A stretch of DNA of 64,000 nt from Deltaproteobacteria bacterium (GCA_002724675.1 PBPL01000101.1:8-64007); one strand, 5' to 3'. Shown: positions 19,177 to 29,450, numbered from the stretch's first letter. Program-made: numbers and translations. Notes: generated by a model not told the origin, from the letters alone.

Positions 19177-20999
19177 CCTGGCAGCCGACTCATCGCGCGG
19201 GTGCGGCCATCCCGTTCACTCCGGGGTCGCCCACCTATCGCCTGAGGGACATCAGCCGAGCACAACAGATCCTTCGCGTCTGTGTACGCCACGGGTTCGG
19301 GCAGGTCATCTCTTCGCTGCCACTGCACCGGATCCCCGGCTTGGGCAAGGCGGTCGAGAGTGTCGAAGACCCCCAGGAAGGCACCGCTCCACGCCGACTC
19401 GTTCGTGCCATGCAGGAATTGGGACCGACCTTCGTCAAGCTGGGCCAGGTGCTGAGCACCCGACCCGACATCCTCCCCGAGTCCTACCTCACGGAGTTCG
19501 CCACACTGCAGGATCAGGTCCCTCCATTTGCTGGCACCACCGCACGAACCATCATTGAGGACGAGCTGGGGACGGAGATAGAGGATGTCTTTGATGGGTT
19601 TGAGGACCAGCCGGTCGCCTCAGCATCCATCGCCCAGGTACACAGAGCAAAGCTGCCAGACGGAACTGTGGTAGCGGTCAAAGTCCAGCGGCCAGGCATC
19701 GAGCAAACACTGCGCTCCGACATCAACATCCTCTATCTGCTGGCCGATCTCTTCACCGGGCAGCTGGACCTCGGCGTCACCTCACCCGTAGCCATTGTCG
19801 AAGCGTTCGACAGAGCGGTCTTCGTCGAGATCGACTTCCACTCGGAAGCAGCCAACGCCGAGGCCTTCAGCCAGGCGGTAGCTGACATCGAGGGAGTCAA
19901 GGTGCCGCGCATCCATCGAGCACTGAGCAGCCGACGTGTGCTCTGCATGGACTGGGTGACGGGGGTCAAGCTGTCCGATATCGACAGCACCAAGGCCGAC
20001 CGACAGTTGGTAATGGACCGCCTCGTAGAGGCTACGTATCAGCAGATCTTCGTGAGTGGAATCTTCCACGCGGACCCTCACCCGGGCAACTTGGTAGTGG
20101 ACGACAACTCGACGCTCAGCTTCCTGGACTTTGGTCTCATCGGCCGGATTACCCCAGAGATGCGAGACACACTGGAGTCGTTGTTCGTGGGGGCGGTCTT
20201 CCGGGACCCAGACACCATCGCCCGGACACTCTACCGAGTCGGGGCGGCAGAAGGCCGCGTGCAGATCCGGCAACTCAGCGCCGAGATTGAGGAACTCCTG
20301 GACCGACACGGCAACATCGCGCTCCAAGATCAGGACACCAGCCGCATCGCACTGGACGTCCTGGAGATTGCTCGCGGGCACGAACTGAAGTTGCCCGAAC
20401 AGTACGCGGTCCTGGCCCGCAGCGAGGTCACCCTCGACGGCATCGCACGAAGCCTTGTCCCCGACTGGGATCCCATCGAGGCGACGCGCCCCTACGCCAA
20501 CCGACTGGCAGCAGATCGCCTCGACCCACAGCGCATGGGCGGAGATCTACTCCGAACGGGCCTGTCCACAGCGACTCTGCTCAAGGACCTCCCCTCGCAA
20601 GTGGACCAACTCATGCTGGACCTCGAGCGAGGCAAGCTGATGCTCAACACGGCGGTGCCTGAACTGAACGAGTTGACTCGAACCCTCGATCGACTGGGCC
20701 GTGCGCTCATCTTCGCCCTGGGCGCCTCAGCATTCCTCGTGTCGGCCTCCACCCTGATGGCTGTGCTCGTCCAGCAAGAGGCTCAGTCCGAGGGCTACGG
20801 GCTCGTAGGAACCTTGCTGGCGTTCACCGTCGTCGTGGGGCTCGGGCTGGCCACCCTCGTTGCCGGTGGACTGATCACCGCCCTGCTCTGGAACCTGTTC
20901 TTCAAGGAGCCTTTCCAGAAGATCCGATGGACTTGGCTCCTTCGCTTCATACCAGGTCTGGAACGAGGTTCCCGGGCCGATCGGCAGAACAGCCGTTGA
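19173..20999 (+). CDS. ABC1/UbiB-family atypical protein kinase (AarF domain), with a C-terminal TM segment
   Basis: It has VKLGQVLSTRPDILP…ASASIAQVHRAKLPDGTVVAVKVQRPG…DFHSEAANAE…GIFHADPHPGNL. The GTG start is at 19173, in frame. Confidence 0.8.
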   Translation: MTWQPTHRAGAAIPFTPGSPTYRLRDISRAQQILRVCVRHGFGQVISSLPLHRIPGLGKAVESVEDPQEGTAPRRLVRAMQELGPTFVKLGQVLSTRPDILPESYLTEFATLQDQVPPFAGTTARTIIEDELGTEIEDVFDGFEDQPVASASIAQVHRAKLPDGTVVAVKVQRPGIEQTLRSDINILYLLADLFTGQLDLGVTSPVAIVEAFDRAVFVEIDFHSEAANAEAFSQAVADIEGVKVPRIHRALSSRRVLCMDWVTGVKLSDIDSTKADRQLVMDRLVEATYQQIFVSGIFHADPHPGNLVVDDNSTLSFLDFGLIGRITPEMRDTLESLFVGAVFRDPDTIARTLYRVGAAEGRVQIRQLSAEIEELLDRHGNIALQDQDTSRIALDVLEIARGHELKLPEQYAVLARSEVTLDGIARSLVPDWDPIEATRPYANRLAADRLDPQRMGGDLLRTGLSTATLLKDLPSQVDQLMLDLERGKLMLNTAVPELNELTRTLDRLGRALIFALGASAFLVSASTLMAVLVQQEAQSEGYGLVGTLLAFTVVVGLGLATLVAGGLITALLWNLFFKEPFQKIRWTWLLRFIPGLERGSRADRQNSR

Positions 21000-21081
21000 A
21001 GCTGGCTGGACTCGGGCTCGCAGCCACTGGTAGCATTCGCCGGCTGAAGTCCAAGCTCTTCTGTACCCTCCCCGGAAACTC

Positions 21082-22857
21082 ATGACAACGACCAGCATCA
21101 GCGTTCAGGCCGCCCAGGATCATCCTCTACCCGACCACGCTCCCGGCGATCGCATCGGGGGCCACTACGAGGTAATTGAGAAGCTGGGAGACGGCATGCT
21201 AGGGGCTGTCTACAAGGTCAAGCACGAGGCCACAGGCGAGGTCGTGGCTCTGAAGCTCATCCGGCCTCAGCTCGTGGCCGAGGACATCGACATCAATCGA
21301 TTCAACCACGAGTTGCAGATTGCCAAGGGATTCGACCACCCGGGCATCGTCAAGTTGCTGGACAGTGGGGAGGCGGATGGAACGCTCTACCTCACGTCCG
21401 AGTTGATCGAGGGCGAGTCTCTTCGAGATCTGATCACCAAGTACCGCTCCCGCGGTGAAGACCTACCGCTCGACGAGGTTCACGAGATACTGGACGAGGT
21501 TCTCGAAGCCCTCAAGCATGCGCACGGGACCACCATCCACCGGGATCTCAAGCCAGAGAACATCCTGCTCTATGACGTCCCCGACAAGGACGGACAGTTG
21601 ATGCGTAAGGTCAAGGTCAGCGACTTTGCGATCGCCAACGTGGTCAGCCCCACGATCTTCGCGACTTCGTATCTCAATCGAGAGAACGCCTTCTATCTCG
21701 CACCCGAGATGTCCGAATTCCGGGACAAGACAGCCCCCAACAGCGATCTGTACTCGGTGGGCGCCATCCTCTACGAGATGCTGTTGGGCTATCCCCCCAC
21801 TGGCGTCTACGAGATGCCCTCGGACATCCGCAGTGGCGAGGTGCCCAACAGTATCGATGACTTTGTGGAGATCGCCCTCGCTCCCAACCCCCAAGATCGC
21901 TTCCAGCGATGCGAAGACATGCAGAGCGCTCTGGAGCAAGCGTTCTCCGAGGTGTATTTGGTCTCTGAGACCAACATGAGGCGCACGCTCCTCCTGCTCT
22001 TGCTGTTGGCGGCAGCACTCATGGCGGCCGGCGTTTACTTTCAGCAGAGCAAGCCGACCCCTGAAGAGATCCTGGCCAGTGACTACCGGCATCGGGACGC
22101 CATGCGGGAACGGATCAAGATGGAGAACGGCCAACCCGAAAAGGCCCCCGCAATCGACCCGAACAATCCCGACCACGCGAAGTACGCGGGCATGCAGTAC
22201 GTGCCTGCAGGTCAGTTCATACGCGGCAAGTTCCGATTCGCCTCGGAAGAACTCACGGCGATGCAAGGCAAGGGCGAGCTAGACGAGCAAGTCGTACAGG
22301 TGGATGGCTTTTGGATCGATCAGTACGAGATGCACTACGCCCCCAAGGAAGTGCTGGAGGAAGACTCTGAAGCACTCAGTGAAGAGAAAACCCGCTGGAA
22401 CGAGAACACCGCCTACGGCCCGGTCCGCGAGGTCACTTGGACTGAGGCCAAGGCCGAGTGCGAGCGGCTCTCCAAGAGGCTCTGCACGGAAGATGAGTGG
22501 GAGAAGGCCTGCAAGGGGCCCAGCAATTCCATCTATGCCTATGGCGACGACCCGGCGATCACCGTCTACAACCCGCAGGGCAGCGAGATCACCAGTGAGG
22601 GCATCTGCCTGGAGTCGGGCTTCAAGCGTGGGGACAAGGTCAACAGTCTCCCGGCCTGCAAGAGTGCCTACGGCGTCTCTGGAATGTCAGGAGGCGTCGC
22701 TGAGTGGACTTCCACCCAGACCCCGGACGGCAAGAATTACATCGTCAAGCCTGGGCCTCGCGGTGGAGACGCACTCAACACCCGGTGTTCAGGACGCAAT
22801 GACCGACCACCCACGTTCTCTCAGATCCACGTGGGCGCTCGCTGCTGCGCAGACTGA
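21082..22857 (+). CDS. Ser/Thr protein kinase with a TM helix and a C-terminal FGE-sulfatase (SUMF1-like) domain
   Basis: Hanks kinase motifs are present (GxGxxG-like, VALK, HRDLKPENILL, DFAIA). It has a poly-Leu TM helix. The C-terminus has …VQVDGFWIDQYEMHYAP…REVTWTEAKAECERL…, typical of the FGE family. Confidence 0.8.
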   Translation: MTTTSISVQAAQDHPLPDHAPGDRIGGHYEVIEKLGDGMLGAVYKVKHEATGEVVALKLIRPQLVAEDIDINRFNHELQIAKGFDHPGIVKLLDSGEADGTLYLTSELIEGESLRDLITKYRSRGEDLPLDEVHEILDEVLEALKHAHGTTIHRDLKPENILLYDVPDKDGQLMRKVKVSDFAIANVVSPTIFATSYLNRENAFYLAPEMSEFRDKTAPNSDLYSVGAILYEMLLGYPPTGVYEMPSDIRSGEVPNSIDDFVEIALAPNPQDRFQRCEDMQSALEQAFSEVYLVSETNMRRTLLLLLLLAAALMAAGVYFQQSKPTPEEILASDYRHRDAMRERIKMENGQPEKAPAIDPNNPDHAKYAGMQYVPAGQFIRGKFRFASEELTAMQGKGELDEQVVQVDGFWIDQYEMHYAPKEVLEEDSEALSEEKTRWNENTAYGPVREVTWTEAKAECERLSKRLCTEDEWEKACKGPSNSIYAYGDDPAITVYNPQGSEITSEGICLESGFKRGDKVNSLPACKSAYGVSGMSGGVAEWTSTQTPDGKNYIVKPGPRGGDALNTRCSGRNDRPPTFSQIHVGARCCAD

Positions 22858-22879
22858 GTCGACGCCTGATCCGATTCCA

Positions 22880-23737
22880 TCACCGAGAGCGACGGCGGCG
22901 GATGGTGACCTCCTCGTCAAACTCCGTCATGGGTCCTCCAGCTGAATCCACCGGACGGTCTCGCAGCTCACGCAGGATCAATCCGTACACGTAAGGATCT
23001 TCCACAAGGTCCATGTGACCTAGCTCGCGCACCACCACATTGCGCACGTCCTGGCCGTTGGCCACGGTCAGCGTGGAGAATCGGTGGGGACTGACAATGT
23101 CCGACGTCGAGTAGACAGAGACCAGGCGTACACCCTGGGGAAAAGGCTCTTCGTTGAGTTCTCGAATGAGGCCGGACCCAGGAAAGAGCTGCCACAGGCT
23201 TCTGGAAACCAGCAACAGCCCCACTCCGGCACCGATGGCAGCAACAGGGGTCCCATGGTGGGGAGTGCCAAGGGTGATGACTGTTCGAACGTATTCGTGG
23301 CCGCCAGCGCGCTGCACCAGATAGCGCGCAATGAGCCCCCCCTTGCTGTGACCGATGATGTGCAGATGACCAAACCCTCGGCGCTCCTGAAGTCGACGAA
23401 TCTTGACGTCGATCATCTGCGCCAGGCTGGCGATGCTCCGGGTGTTGAAGTTCCCCAGCAAGCCACCCAAGTGGAACGAGAGCACGCGATATCCATCTGC
23501 CCGCAGTCGATCCTCCAGCGTCCGCATGACGGCCCGAGTCTGAAAGAATCCCTGGATCAACAGGACGGTCTCTCCATCCATTCCGCTGTCATCGCGACGG
23601 ACGACTCCATCCCCCATGTAGTACTCCAGGCTCCCGATATTTCCGGAGAGAGTTCGACCAATCAGTCGACCTATCCGAAAGGGGCTGAAGCGTCGTGAAC
23701 GACCGACCATGAGAGCTCCAAGTCCAGGCCTCGGCAA
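22880..23737 (-). CDS. Alpha/beta-hydrolase lipase/esterase (GHSxGG lipase-like)
   Basis: It has HLHIIGHSKGGLIARY, with the nucleophile elbow, followed by the conserved D/H region. Confidence 0.7.
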   Translation of the reverse strand: MPRPGLGALMVGRSRRFSPFRIGRLIGRTLSGNIGSLEYYMGDGVVRRDDSGMDGETVLLIQGFFQTRAVMRTLEDRLRADGYRVLSFHLGGLLGNFNTRSIASLAQMIDVKIRRLQERRGFGHLHIIGHSKGGLIARYLVQRAGGHEYVRTVITLGTPHHGTPVAAIGAGVGLLLVSRSLWQLFPGSGLIRELNEEPFPQGVRLVSVYSTSDIVSPHRFSTLTVANGQDVRNVVVRELGHMDLVEDPYVYGLILRELRDRPVDSAGGPMTEFDEEVTIRRRRSR

Positions 23738-23910
23738 AGAGACTGGGACCGGCGGAGAATAGGCAGGTCAACGCGCCTTGCAAAGCCCCCCCCTGCCGAG
23801 TCCAATTACAGGCCTCATCCTCCTTGCAAAGGTCCCCTCTGTCCTGCATCATGCCGCCGTTCCCGGGAGTGGAATCGGCATGCGATTCTGCCCCTCGCGA
23901 GCACGGGCCG

Positions 23911-24975
23911 ATGCAGGCGGCCCCGGGGGCTTCCGTGGTCCAGGACCGCTACAAAGAGGCTGGTGTCGACATTGATGCTGGAGCCCTGCTCGTCGATCGC
24001 ATCTCCCCACTAGCCCGCTCGACGATGCGCGACGAGGTCCTTGGAGGCCTGGGGCACTTCGGTGCCATGTGGTCCATCCCAGCCGGGCGCTACAACGACC
24101 TGGTGCTCGTCTCTGCCACAGACGGGGTTGGCACCAAGCTGAAGGTCGCCCAAGCGGCCAACCGCCATGACACGATTGGGATCGACCTGGTCGCCATGTG
24201 CGTCAACGACATCATCTGCACCGGCGCCGAGCCCTTCTTCTTTCTGGACTACTTCGCCTCGGGCAAGCTCGATGTGGACGTCGCCGAGGCGGTCGTAAGC
24301 GGGATCGCGGAGGGCTGTCGCCAGGCGGGCTGTGCGCTGGTCGGCGGCGAGACCGCAGAAATGCCGGGTGTCTATGACCCAGGCGTCTACGATCTTGCGG
24401 GTTTTTCGGTCGGGGGCGCGGAGCGCAGCGCAATCCTCGATGGGACCAGCGTTCGTTCGGGGATGGCCGTGGTGGGGCTCACCTCTTCAGGACTACACAG
24501 CAACGGCTATTCGCTGGTGCGCCGCATCCTGTTCGACGAGTTGAGCCTGGACATGAACGCTCCTCTGCCGGGCACCGATCACACCATCGCCGACGAGCTG
24601 CTGCAGCCGACGCGCATCTACGTTCGACCGGTACTAGCCGTCCTGGAAGAGGTCTCCGTGGCCGCCATCGCCCACATCACAGGCGGCGGTCTCCTGGAGA
24701 ATATTCCTCGAGTCATTCCCGAGGACCTGGCTGTACGAGTGGAACGTGAGTCGTGGAGCCTACCTGCTATCTACGAGTTCCTGGAGACCGAGGGGCGCCT
24801 GTCCCAGACCGATCTGCTCCGGACGTTCAACTGCGGGGTAGGCATGGTCCTACTCGTGGACCGCGACCAGGCGAGTACTACGGTCTCCATTCTCGACAAG
24901 CATGGTCAAGAAGCATTCGTCTTGGGGGAGGTTGTGGAGCGACCGGAGGGCTGCTCAGGGGTTCTCGTTTCATGA
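23911..24975 (+). CDS. purM: Phosphoribosylformylglycinamidine cyclo-ligase (AIR synthetase)
   Basis: It has DGVGTKLKVA…IGIDLVAMCVNDI…GGETAEMPGVY. The start is chosen at the ATG at 23911. Confidence 0.9.
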   Translation: MQAAPGASVVQDRYKEAGVDIDAGALLVDRISPLARSTMRDEVLGGLGHFGAMWSIPAGRYNDLVLVSATDGVGTKLKVAQAANRHDTIGIDLVAMCVNDIICTGAEPFFFLDYFASGKLDVDVAEAVVSGIAEGCRQAGCALVGGETAEMPGVYDPGVYDLAGFSVGGAERSAILDGTSVRSGMAVVGLTSSGLHSNGYSLVRRILFDELSLDMNAPLPGTDHTIADELLQPTRIYVRPVLAVLEEVSVAAIAHITGGGLLENIPRVIPEDLAVRVERESWSLPAIYEFLETEGRLSQTDLLRTFNCGVGMVLLVDRDQASTTVSILDKHGQEAFVLGEVVERPEGCSGVLVS

Positions 24976-25622
24976 CCCGACCCGGACCCCGGGCTGCCAT
25001 TCTCATCTCTGGCCGTGGCTCCAACATGGCGGCCATTCTCGACAATGCAACCGCAGAGGGCTGGTCGGATCAGATCGCGCTGGTCGCATCCAATCGGCCC
25101 GAAGCAGAAGGCCTCGGGCTCGCCACGGCTCGGGGGGTTCCAACAGCAGTGCTGGACCACCAGCCGTATGGCACCGAGCACAGAGGACGCTTCGACACTG
25201 ATCTGGCTGAGCTCGTCCTCGCGCACGGAGCAACCTGGGTCGTTCTTGCCGGGTTCATGCGCATCCTCGGCCCAGGCTTTCTGAGCCACTTTCCAGATCG
25301 AATCCTCAACATCCACCCGAGTCTGCTACCCAGACATCCTGGGCTCCACACACACCGACGGGCCCTAGAAGCTGGCGACCGTGAGCACGGCTGTACCGTA
25401 CACTTGGTCAACGAGAGCCTAGATGGTGGCCCCATCCTCGCTCAGAAAGCAGTCCCCATCCTTCCCGATGACGACGAAGACCGACTGGCGGCCAGGGTTC
25501 TAGTGGAAGAACAGCGACTCTTCCCGCAAGTCGTCCGCGCTGCGCTCGAGGGTCGACTACAACGCAGTGATGCCTGTGGCGACCCCGCCAGTTCCTCTCA
25601 AACGAAGGCTGTGTTCACGTGA
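24972..25622 (+). CDS. purN: Phosphoribosylglycinamide formyltransferase
   Basis: It has AAILISGRGSNM…VVLAGFMRIL…NIHPSLLP. There is an ATGA overlap with purM. Confidence 0.85.
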   Translation: MTRPGPRAAILISGRGSNMAAILDNATAEGWSDQIALVASNRPEAEGLGLATARGVPTAVLDHQPYGTEHRGRFDTDLAELVLAHGATWVVLAGFMRILGPGFLSHFPDRILNIHPSLLPRHPGLHTHRRALEAGDREHGCTVHLVNESLDGGPILAQKAVPILPDDDEDRLAARVLVEEQRLFPQVVRAALEGRLQRSDACGDPASSSQTKAVFT

Positions 25623-27103
25623 TCTCCCGAAACTACGACGTCTTGGTCGTCGATCCGTCCCCAGGTGCACTCATTGCCGCCGCTCTCCTGGCCCGGGCTG
25701 GTCTGTCGGTCCTTGTCCTGGATCCCGAAGAGACACCAGGCCGAGTGGGACCGTTCCGCTTTGCCCGCCACCGCCCCCCAGTGGTGGGCTTCGGCGGCGG
25801 CCATCTCCTTCCCCGAACATTGAAGGCGCTGAAGTTTCATCCCCACGAGCTCCAGGCCCTGCGCAGAGGGGACCCGGGGCTCCAGGTCATCAGTAGTCGG
25901 CATCGTATCGACCTCCACTCCGACCCAGAGGCCATGGACGCCGAGTTTCGACGTGAATATCCGAGGCAGGCCAGAGAACTCAGTTCTGTGGTTCGCAAGA
26001 GCCTCGCTTCTGCCCAGTCGTTCGCCGAGGCGCTGGAGCGAGCCACCGAAGAGGCTGGTCAGGTGGGGCTACTCCAGAGCGTCGGTCTGCAGCGACCCAA
26101 GTGGAACCCGCCACTGCCCCCCCAAGATGTCCCTACATGGGGAGAGTTCCTCGATGACAGCGACCTGGCCGACTCGGGCAGGCTGCTGCTTCGGGGACTC
26201 CTGAGGCCCTTCTGCTCGCTGGACGTGGTCGAGGATCTACCCCTGCCAGTGGCAGGCATCCACCTTGCGGCTGCTTTGGACGGTGCGTTCTCCGATCCGG
26301 GCGAGGAGGACCCGCTACTGACCCTCTTGTTGCGTCGGGTGCGGGCCATGCGTGTCGACGTACTGCCCGCCCACCTCGAGCGCCTCGAGGGCAACCGGCG
26401 TCGGATTGAGCGGGCGATCTTCGAGGGCGGCACAGATCCCATGCCTGTGGAACTCCTTGTCACCGGGGGCGACCCAGAAGACCTGCTCCCGCTGCTGCCA
26501 GGCAAGCCTCGGCCCTACCAAAAAGTGCTGAGTCAGCTGGCGCCGTCACACTTCCGCTACTCCATCTACATCGGGGTTCAGGGCGACGTCATCCCTCCAG
26601 ACCTAGCCGAACAAGCGGTACTCCTGGATGACGAAGACCCCGATGGGGACGCAGGCTGCATGCTTCTGTCCACCTCGCCACCGGACAGTCCCTTGGCCCC
26701 CGGCGAGTTCCGTTCACTGACGCTATCGACACTGCTTCCCTACACAGAAGACGGCCAGCTGCCTGGCAACCTGGAGGGCGTGGCCGCAGCCATGCTCGAT
26801 CGGGTGAAGTGGCTGATGCCCTTCCTAGAACGACATATCGAGGTGCTTCACGTCCCCACGCTGAACGAGCTAGAGGACTCTGACGCGCACATTGCCATCG
26901 ACCCTCGTCCTGTGGCCTACACCCCAGCGATCCCTCCTGCAGAAGACCCCGTCGCTGCCGGGCTCGGAGTCTACCTCCCCCATCGCAACGTCTTCTGTGC
27001 CGGTCCCGCCGCATTCCCTGCGCTGGGGCTCGGTGGTGAAGGGCTGGCGGGTCGACTGGTAGAACGGGTCGCGCTGGCAGGGCTCAAGCGAACGACCGAA
27101 TAA
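25619..27103 (+). CDS. FAD/NAD(P)-dependent oxidoreductase-like protein (phytoene-desaturase-like; degenerate dinucleotide-binding motif)
   Basis: It has a GTG start overlapping the purN stop (GTGA). The N-terminus YDVLVVDPSPGALIAAALLARAGLSVLVLD is Rossmann-like, but the Gly motif is degenerate. The function is unclear. Confidence 0.45.
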   Translation: MISRNYDVLVVDPSPGALIAAALLARAGLSVLVLDPEETPGRVGPFRFARHRPPVVGFGGGHLLPRTLKALKFHPHELQALRRGDPGLQVISSRHRIDLHSDPEAMDAEFRREYPRQARELSSVVRKSLASAQSFAEALERATEEAGQVGLLQSVGLQRPKWNPPLPPQDVPTWGEFLDDSDLADSGRLLLRGLLRPFCSLDVVEDLPLPVAGIHLAAALDGAFSDPGEEDPLLTLLLRRVRAMRVDVLPAHLERLEGNRRRIERAIFEGGTDPMPVELLVTGGDPEDLLPLLPGKPRPYQKVLSQLAPSHFRYSIYIGVQGDVIPPDLAEQAVLLDDEDPDGDAGCMLLSTSPPDSPLAPGEFRSLTLSTLLPYTEDGQLPGNLEGVAAAMLDRVKWLMPFLERHIEVLHVPTLNELEDSDAHIAIDPRPVAYTPAIPPAEDPVAAGLGVYLPHRNVFCAGPAAFPALGLGGEGLAGRLVERVALAGLKRTTE

Positions 27104-27141
27104 CCTCTAGGGCGCTGGGCTGGCAGACACCCGCCAGCGGG

Positions 27142-29307
27142 TCAGGGAGTGCGCTCCCGAGACACCGACACAACCCCCTTCAGGCGGCTGATGTCGTTCA
27201 TCAACGATTGCAGCTGCCGGGCATCGTGCACTGACACCTCGAGCAAGATCTGGGCCTTCTCACCCCTCTGCGTTCGGGCCTCGGCCTTCGTGATGTTGAC
27301 GTTCATCTTGCCCACTGCGCGCGTCAACTCGGCCAGCATCATGGGTCGATCGACCGTCACTACCGAGATGCGCGCCGCGTGGTTGCCCGAATTCTGCCGA
27401 TCCCACTCCACGTCCACCCGACGCTCAGCAGGCAAGGCCAGGGCTTGTCGGCAAGTGGACATGTGGACGGTAATCCCCCGCCCTCGCGTAATGAACCCGA
27501 TGATTGGCTCCCCTGGAAGCGGACGACAGCACTTCGCAAAGACGGTCAACATCCCGTCCATGCCGTGGATTCGAACCGGCGATCCACCACGACGAGCCAT
27601 CCTCCGAAAGAGGCCCGACAAGGACATGGTCCCGACCTCTTCTTCTTCTTCCTCCGCCGCAAGCATCTCGGGCGCTACGTACAGAGCCAGCACCTTGGTG
27701 GGTGCCAGCCGCCCGTAGCCAACATCGGCATAGAGTTGGTCCGGGCTCGGGTGATGAAACTCGTCCAAGGCACGCCGGAGACCGTCGTCCTTGAGCAAGC
27801 CCTTCAAGCTCAGTCGATGCTTTCTCAGTTCCTGATCCAGGAGCGTTCGGCCCATCTCCATGGCGCGGTTGTTTTCTTCCCGACGTAGGAAGTGCCGGAT
27901 CTTGGACAGCGCGCGCGAGGTAACAGCGAACTTCAACCAGTCCTTGGTGGGGTGCTGATCGTTTCGAGTGATGATCTCGATCGTATCTCCAGCCCGGAGC
28001 TGGTAGTTGAGCTTGACCATCCGATCGTTGACACGGGCACCACTGCAGTGTTGACCCACCTCGCTGTGGATGGCGTAGGCAAAGTCGAGCGTCGTCGCGC
28101 CCGCGGGGAACCATCGGATGTCCCCTGCAGGCGTATAGACGTGGACTTGATCGGCGTACAGGTCCACCTTCAAGACATCGAGAAACTCCCGCGAGTCCTC
28201 AATGTCTTCCGCCCACTGCAAGAGCTGACGAATCTTCGTGTACTGAGCGATCTCTTCCGGCTTGAGGGCGAGCTTGCCCTCCTTGTATTTCCAGTGGGCA
28301 GCAATGCCAAACTCGGCCAAGCGGTGCATGTCCTGGGTCCGGATCTGGACCTCGATGCGATGCCCCTCCGGACCAACGACCGTGGTGTGCAGGGATCGAT
28401 AGCCATTGGCCTTGGGCTGCGCAATGTAGTCCTTGAACAGCTCGGAGTGGGGGCTCCACAAGCCATGGATGGCGCCCAACACTCCGTAACAAGCGCCCAC
28501 ATCATCGACCAGCACTCGAAATGCGATGAGGTCGTGGACCTCTTCGAAGGTGAGCTGCTTGTCCTGCATCTTGAGCCAGATGGACCAGAGACGCTTCACG
28601 CGCCCCTTGACCTCGGCCTCGAACCCATAGGGACGGAGAGCCTCGACGATTTCGTTACGCACGCGATCGATGTAGGCCTCGAAGTACGGCCGCCTCGCCT
28701 CCACCTCGGAGTTCAGCTGGGCGTAGACGTCCTCGTGCAGATACTTGAAGCTGAGGTCCTGGAGTTCTCCCTGGATGGACACGATGCCCAATCGATTGGC
28801 GATGGGAGCGTACAGTTCCATTGTCTCCCGGGAGATACGCAGCTTTTTCGCAGCAGGCATCGCATCGAGAGTGCGCATGTTGTGCAGGCGATCCGCGAGC
28901 TTGACCACGATGACCCGGATATCCTTGGCCATCGCAAAGACCAGCTTGCGGAAGCTCTCTGCCTGCGCCTCTTCTGCCGTCCGAAAGTCCAGCTTCTTGA
29001 GCTTGGTGACGCCGTCCACCATGGCCGCCACATCCGTCCCGAACTGGGACTGGATGTCCTGTCCCGTGGCCTCGGTGTCCTCGACCGTATCGTGCAAGAT
29101 CGCCACCGCGATGGTCTCGGTGTCCATGCGGAGGCCTGCGAGGATATTCGCCACCTCTAGGGGATGAGCGAAGTAGGGCTCCCCCGACTTCCGTTGCTGA
29201 CCCTGGTGGTACTTGGAGCCAAACACCCACGCCTTGCGCAAGATGCCTAGGTCCGCATCGGGCGCGTAGGACTGCACCTTCTCCAGGATCTCGTCGAGAC
29301 GAATCAC
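27142..29307 (-). CDS. rel: Bifunctional (p)ppGpp synthetase/hydrolase (RelA/SpoT family)
   Basis: It has an HD hydrolase motif (HDTVEDT), the synthetase domain, and the TGS and ACT regions. There is a GTG start with AAGGAG 10 nt upstream. Confidence 0.9.
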   Translation of the reverse strand: MIRLDEILEKVQSYAPDADLGILRKAWVFGSKYHQGQQRKSGEPYFAHPLEVANILAGLRMDTETIAVAILHDTVEDTEATGQDIQSQFGTDVAAMVDGVTKLKKLDFRTAEEAQAESFRKLVFAMAKDIRVIVVKLADRLHNMRTLDAMPAAKKLRISRETMELYAPIANRLGIVSIQGELQDLSFKYLHEDVYAQLNSEVEARRPYFEAYIDRVRNEIVEALRPYGFEAEVKGRVKRLWSIWLKMQDKQLTFEEVHDLIAFRVLVDDVGACYGVLGAIHGLWSPHSELFKDYIAQPKANGYRSLHTTVVGPEGHRIEVQIRTQDMHRLAEFGIAAHWKYKEGKLALKPEEIAQYTKIRQLLQWAEDIEDSREFLDVLKVDLYADQVHVYTPAGDIRWFPAGATTLDFAYAIHSEVGQHCSGARVNDRMVKLNYQLRAGDTIEIITRNDQHPTKDWLKFAVTSRALSKIRHFLRREENNRAMEMGRTLLDQELRKHRLSLKGLLKDDGLRRALDEFHHPSPDQLYADVGYGRLAPTKVLALYVAPEMLAAEEEEEEVGTMSLSGLFRRMARRGGSPVRIHGMDGMLTVFAKCCRPLPGEPIIGFITRGRGITVHMSTCRQALALPAERRVDVEWDRQNSGNHAARISVVTVDRPMMLAELTRAVGKMNVNITKAEARTQRGEKAQILLEVSVHDARQLQSLMNDISRLKGVVSVSRERTP

Positions 29308-29352
29308 AGCCTCGGTACGCTCCTTTGACCACGCGGACCAACCGCAAAGACC

Positions 29353-29374
29353 AAGGGCGCCTCCTGGCGCCCCG
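29353..29374 (-). terminator. GC-rich inverted repeat GGGCGCC-AGGA-GGCGCCC in the gmk-rel spacer. Candidate attenuator or terminator.
   Basis: It forms a perfect 7-bp stem and is followed on the minus strand by TTGGTCTTT. It lies 45 nt upstream of the rel start. Confidence 0.3.
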
Positions 29375-29450
29375 ATAGAATCCTATCAAGCCAAAATGCC
29401 ACCGGCTATGACCCAGATGTGCCCGACCCCCACAGAGGGAGACCGGAGCC

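Noticed and set aside
27551-27580. tRNA T-loop-like GGTTCGAATCC on the minus strand
   Set aside because: It lies inside the rel coding sequence, where it encodes …SPVRIHG…. There is no flanking acceptor-stem or anticodon-arm structure, so the match is a coincidence.
27892-29160. 422-aa plus-strand ORF
   Set aside because: It is antisense to rel. It is a GC artefact.
29308-29450. Expected rpoZ gene between gmk and rel
   Set aside because: The spacer is only 143 nt and has no ORF. rpoZ must lie elsewhere.
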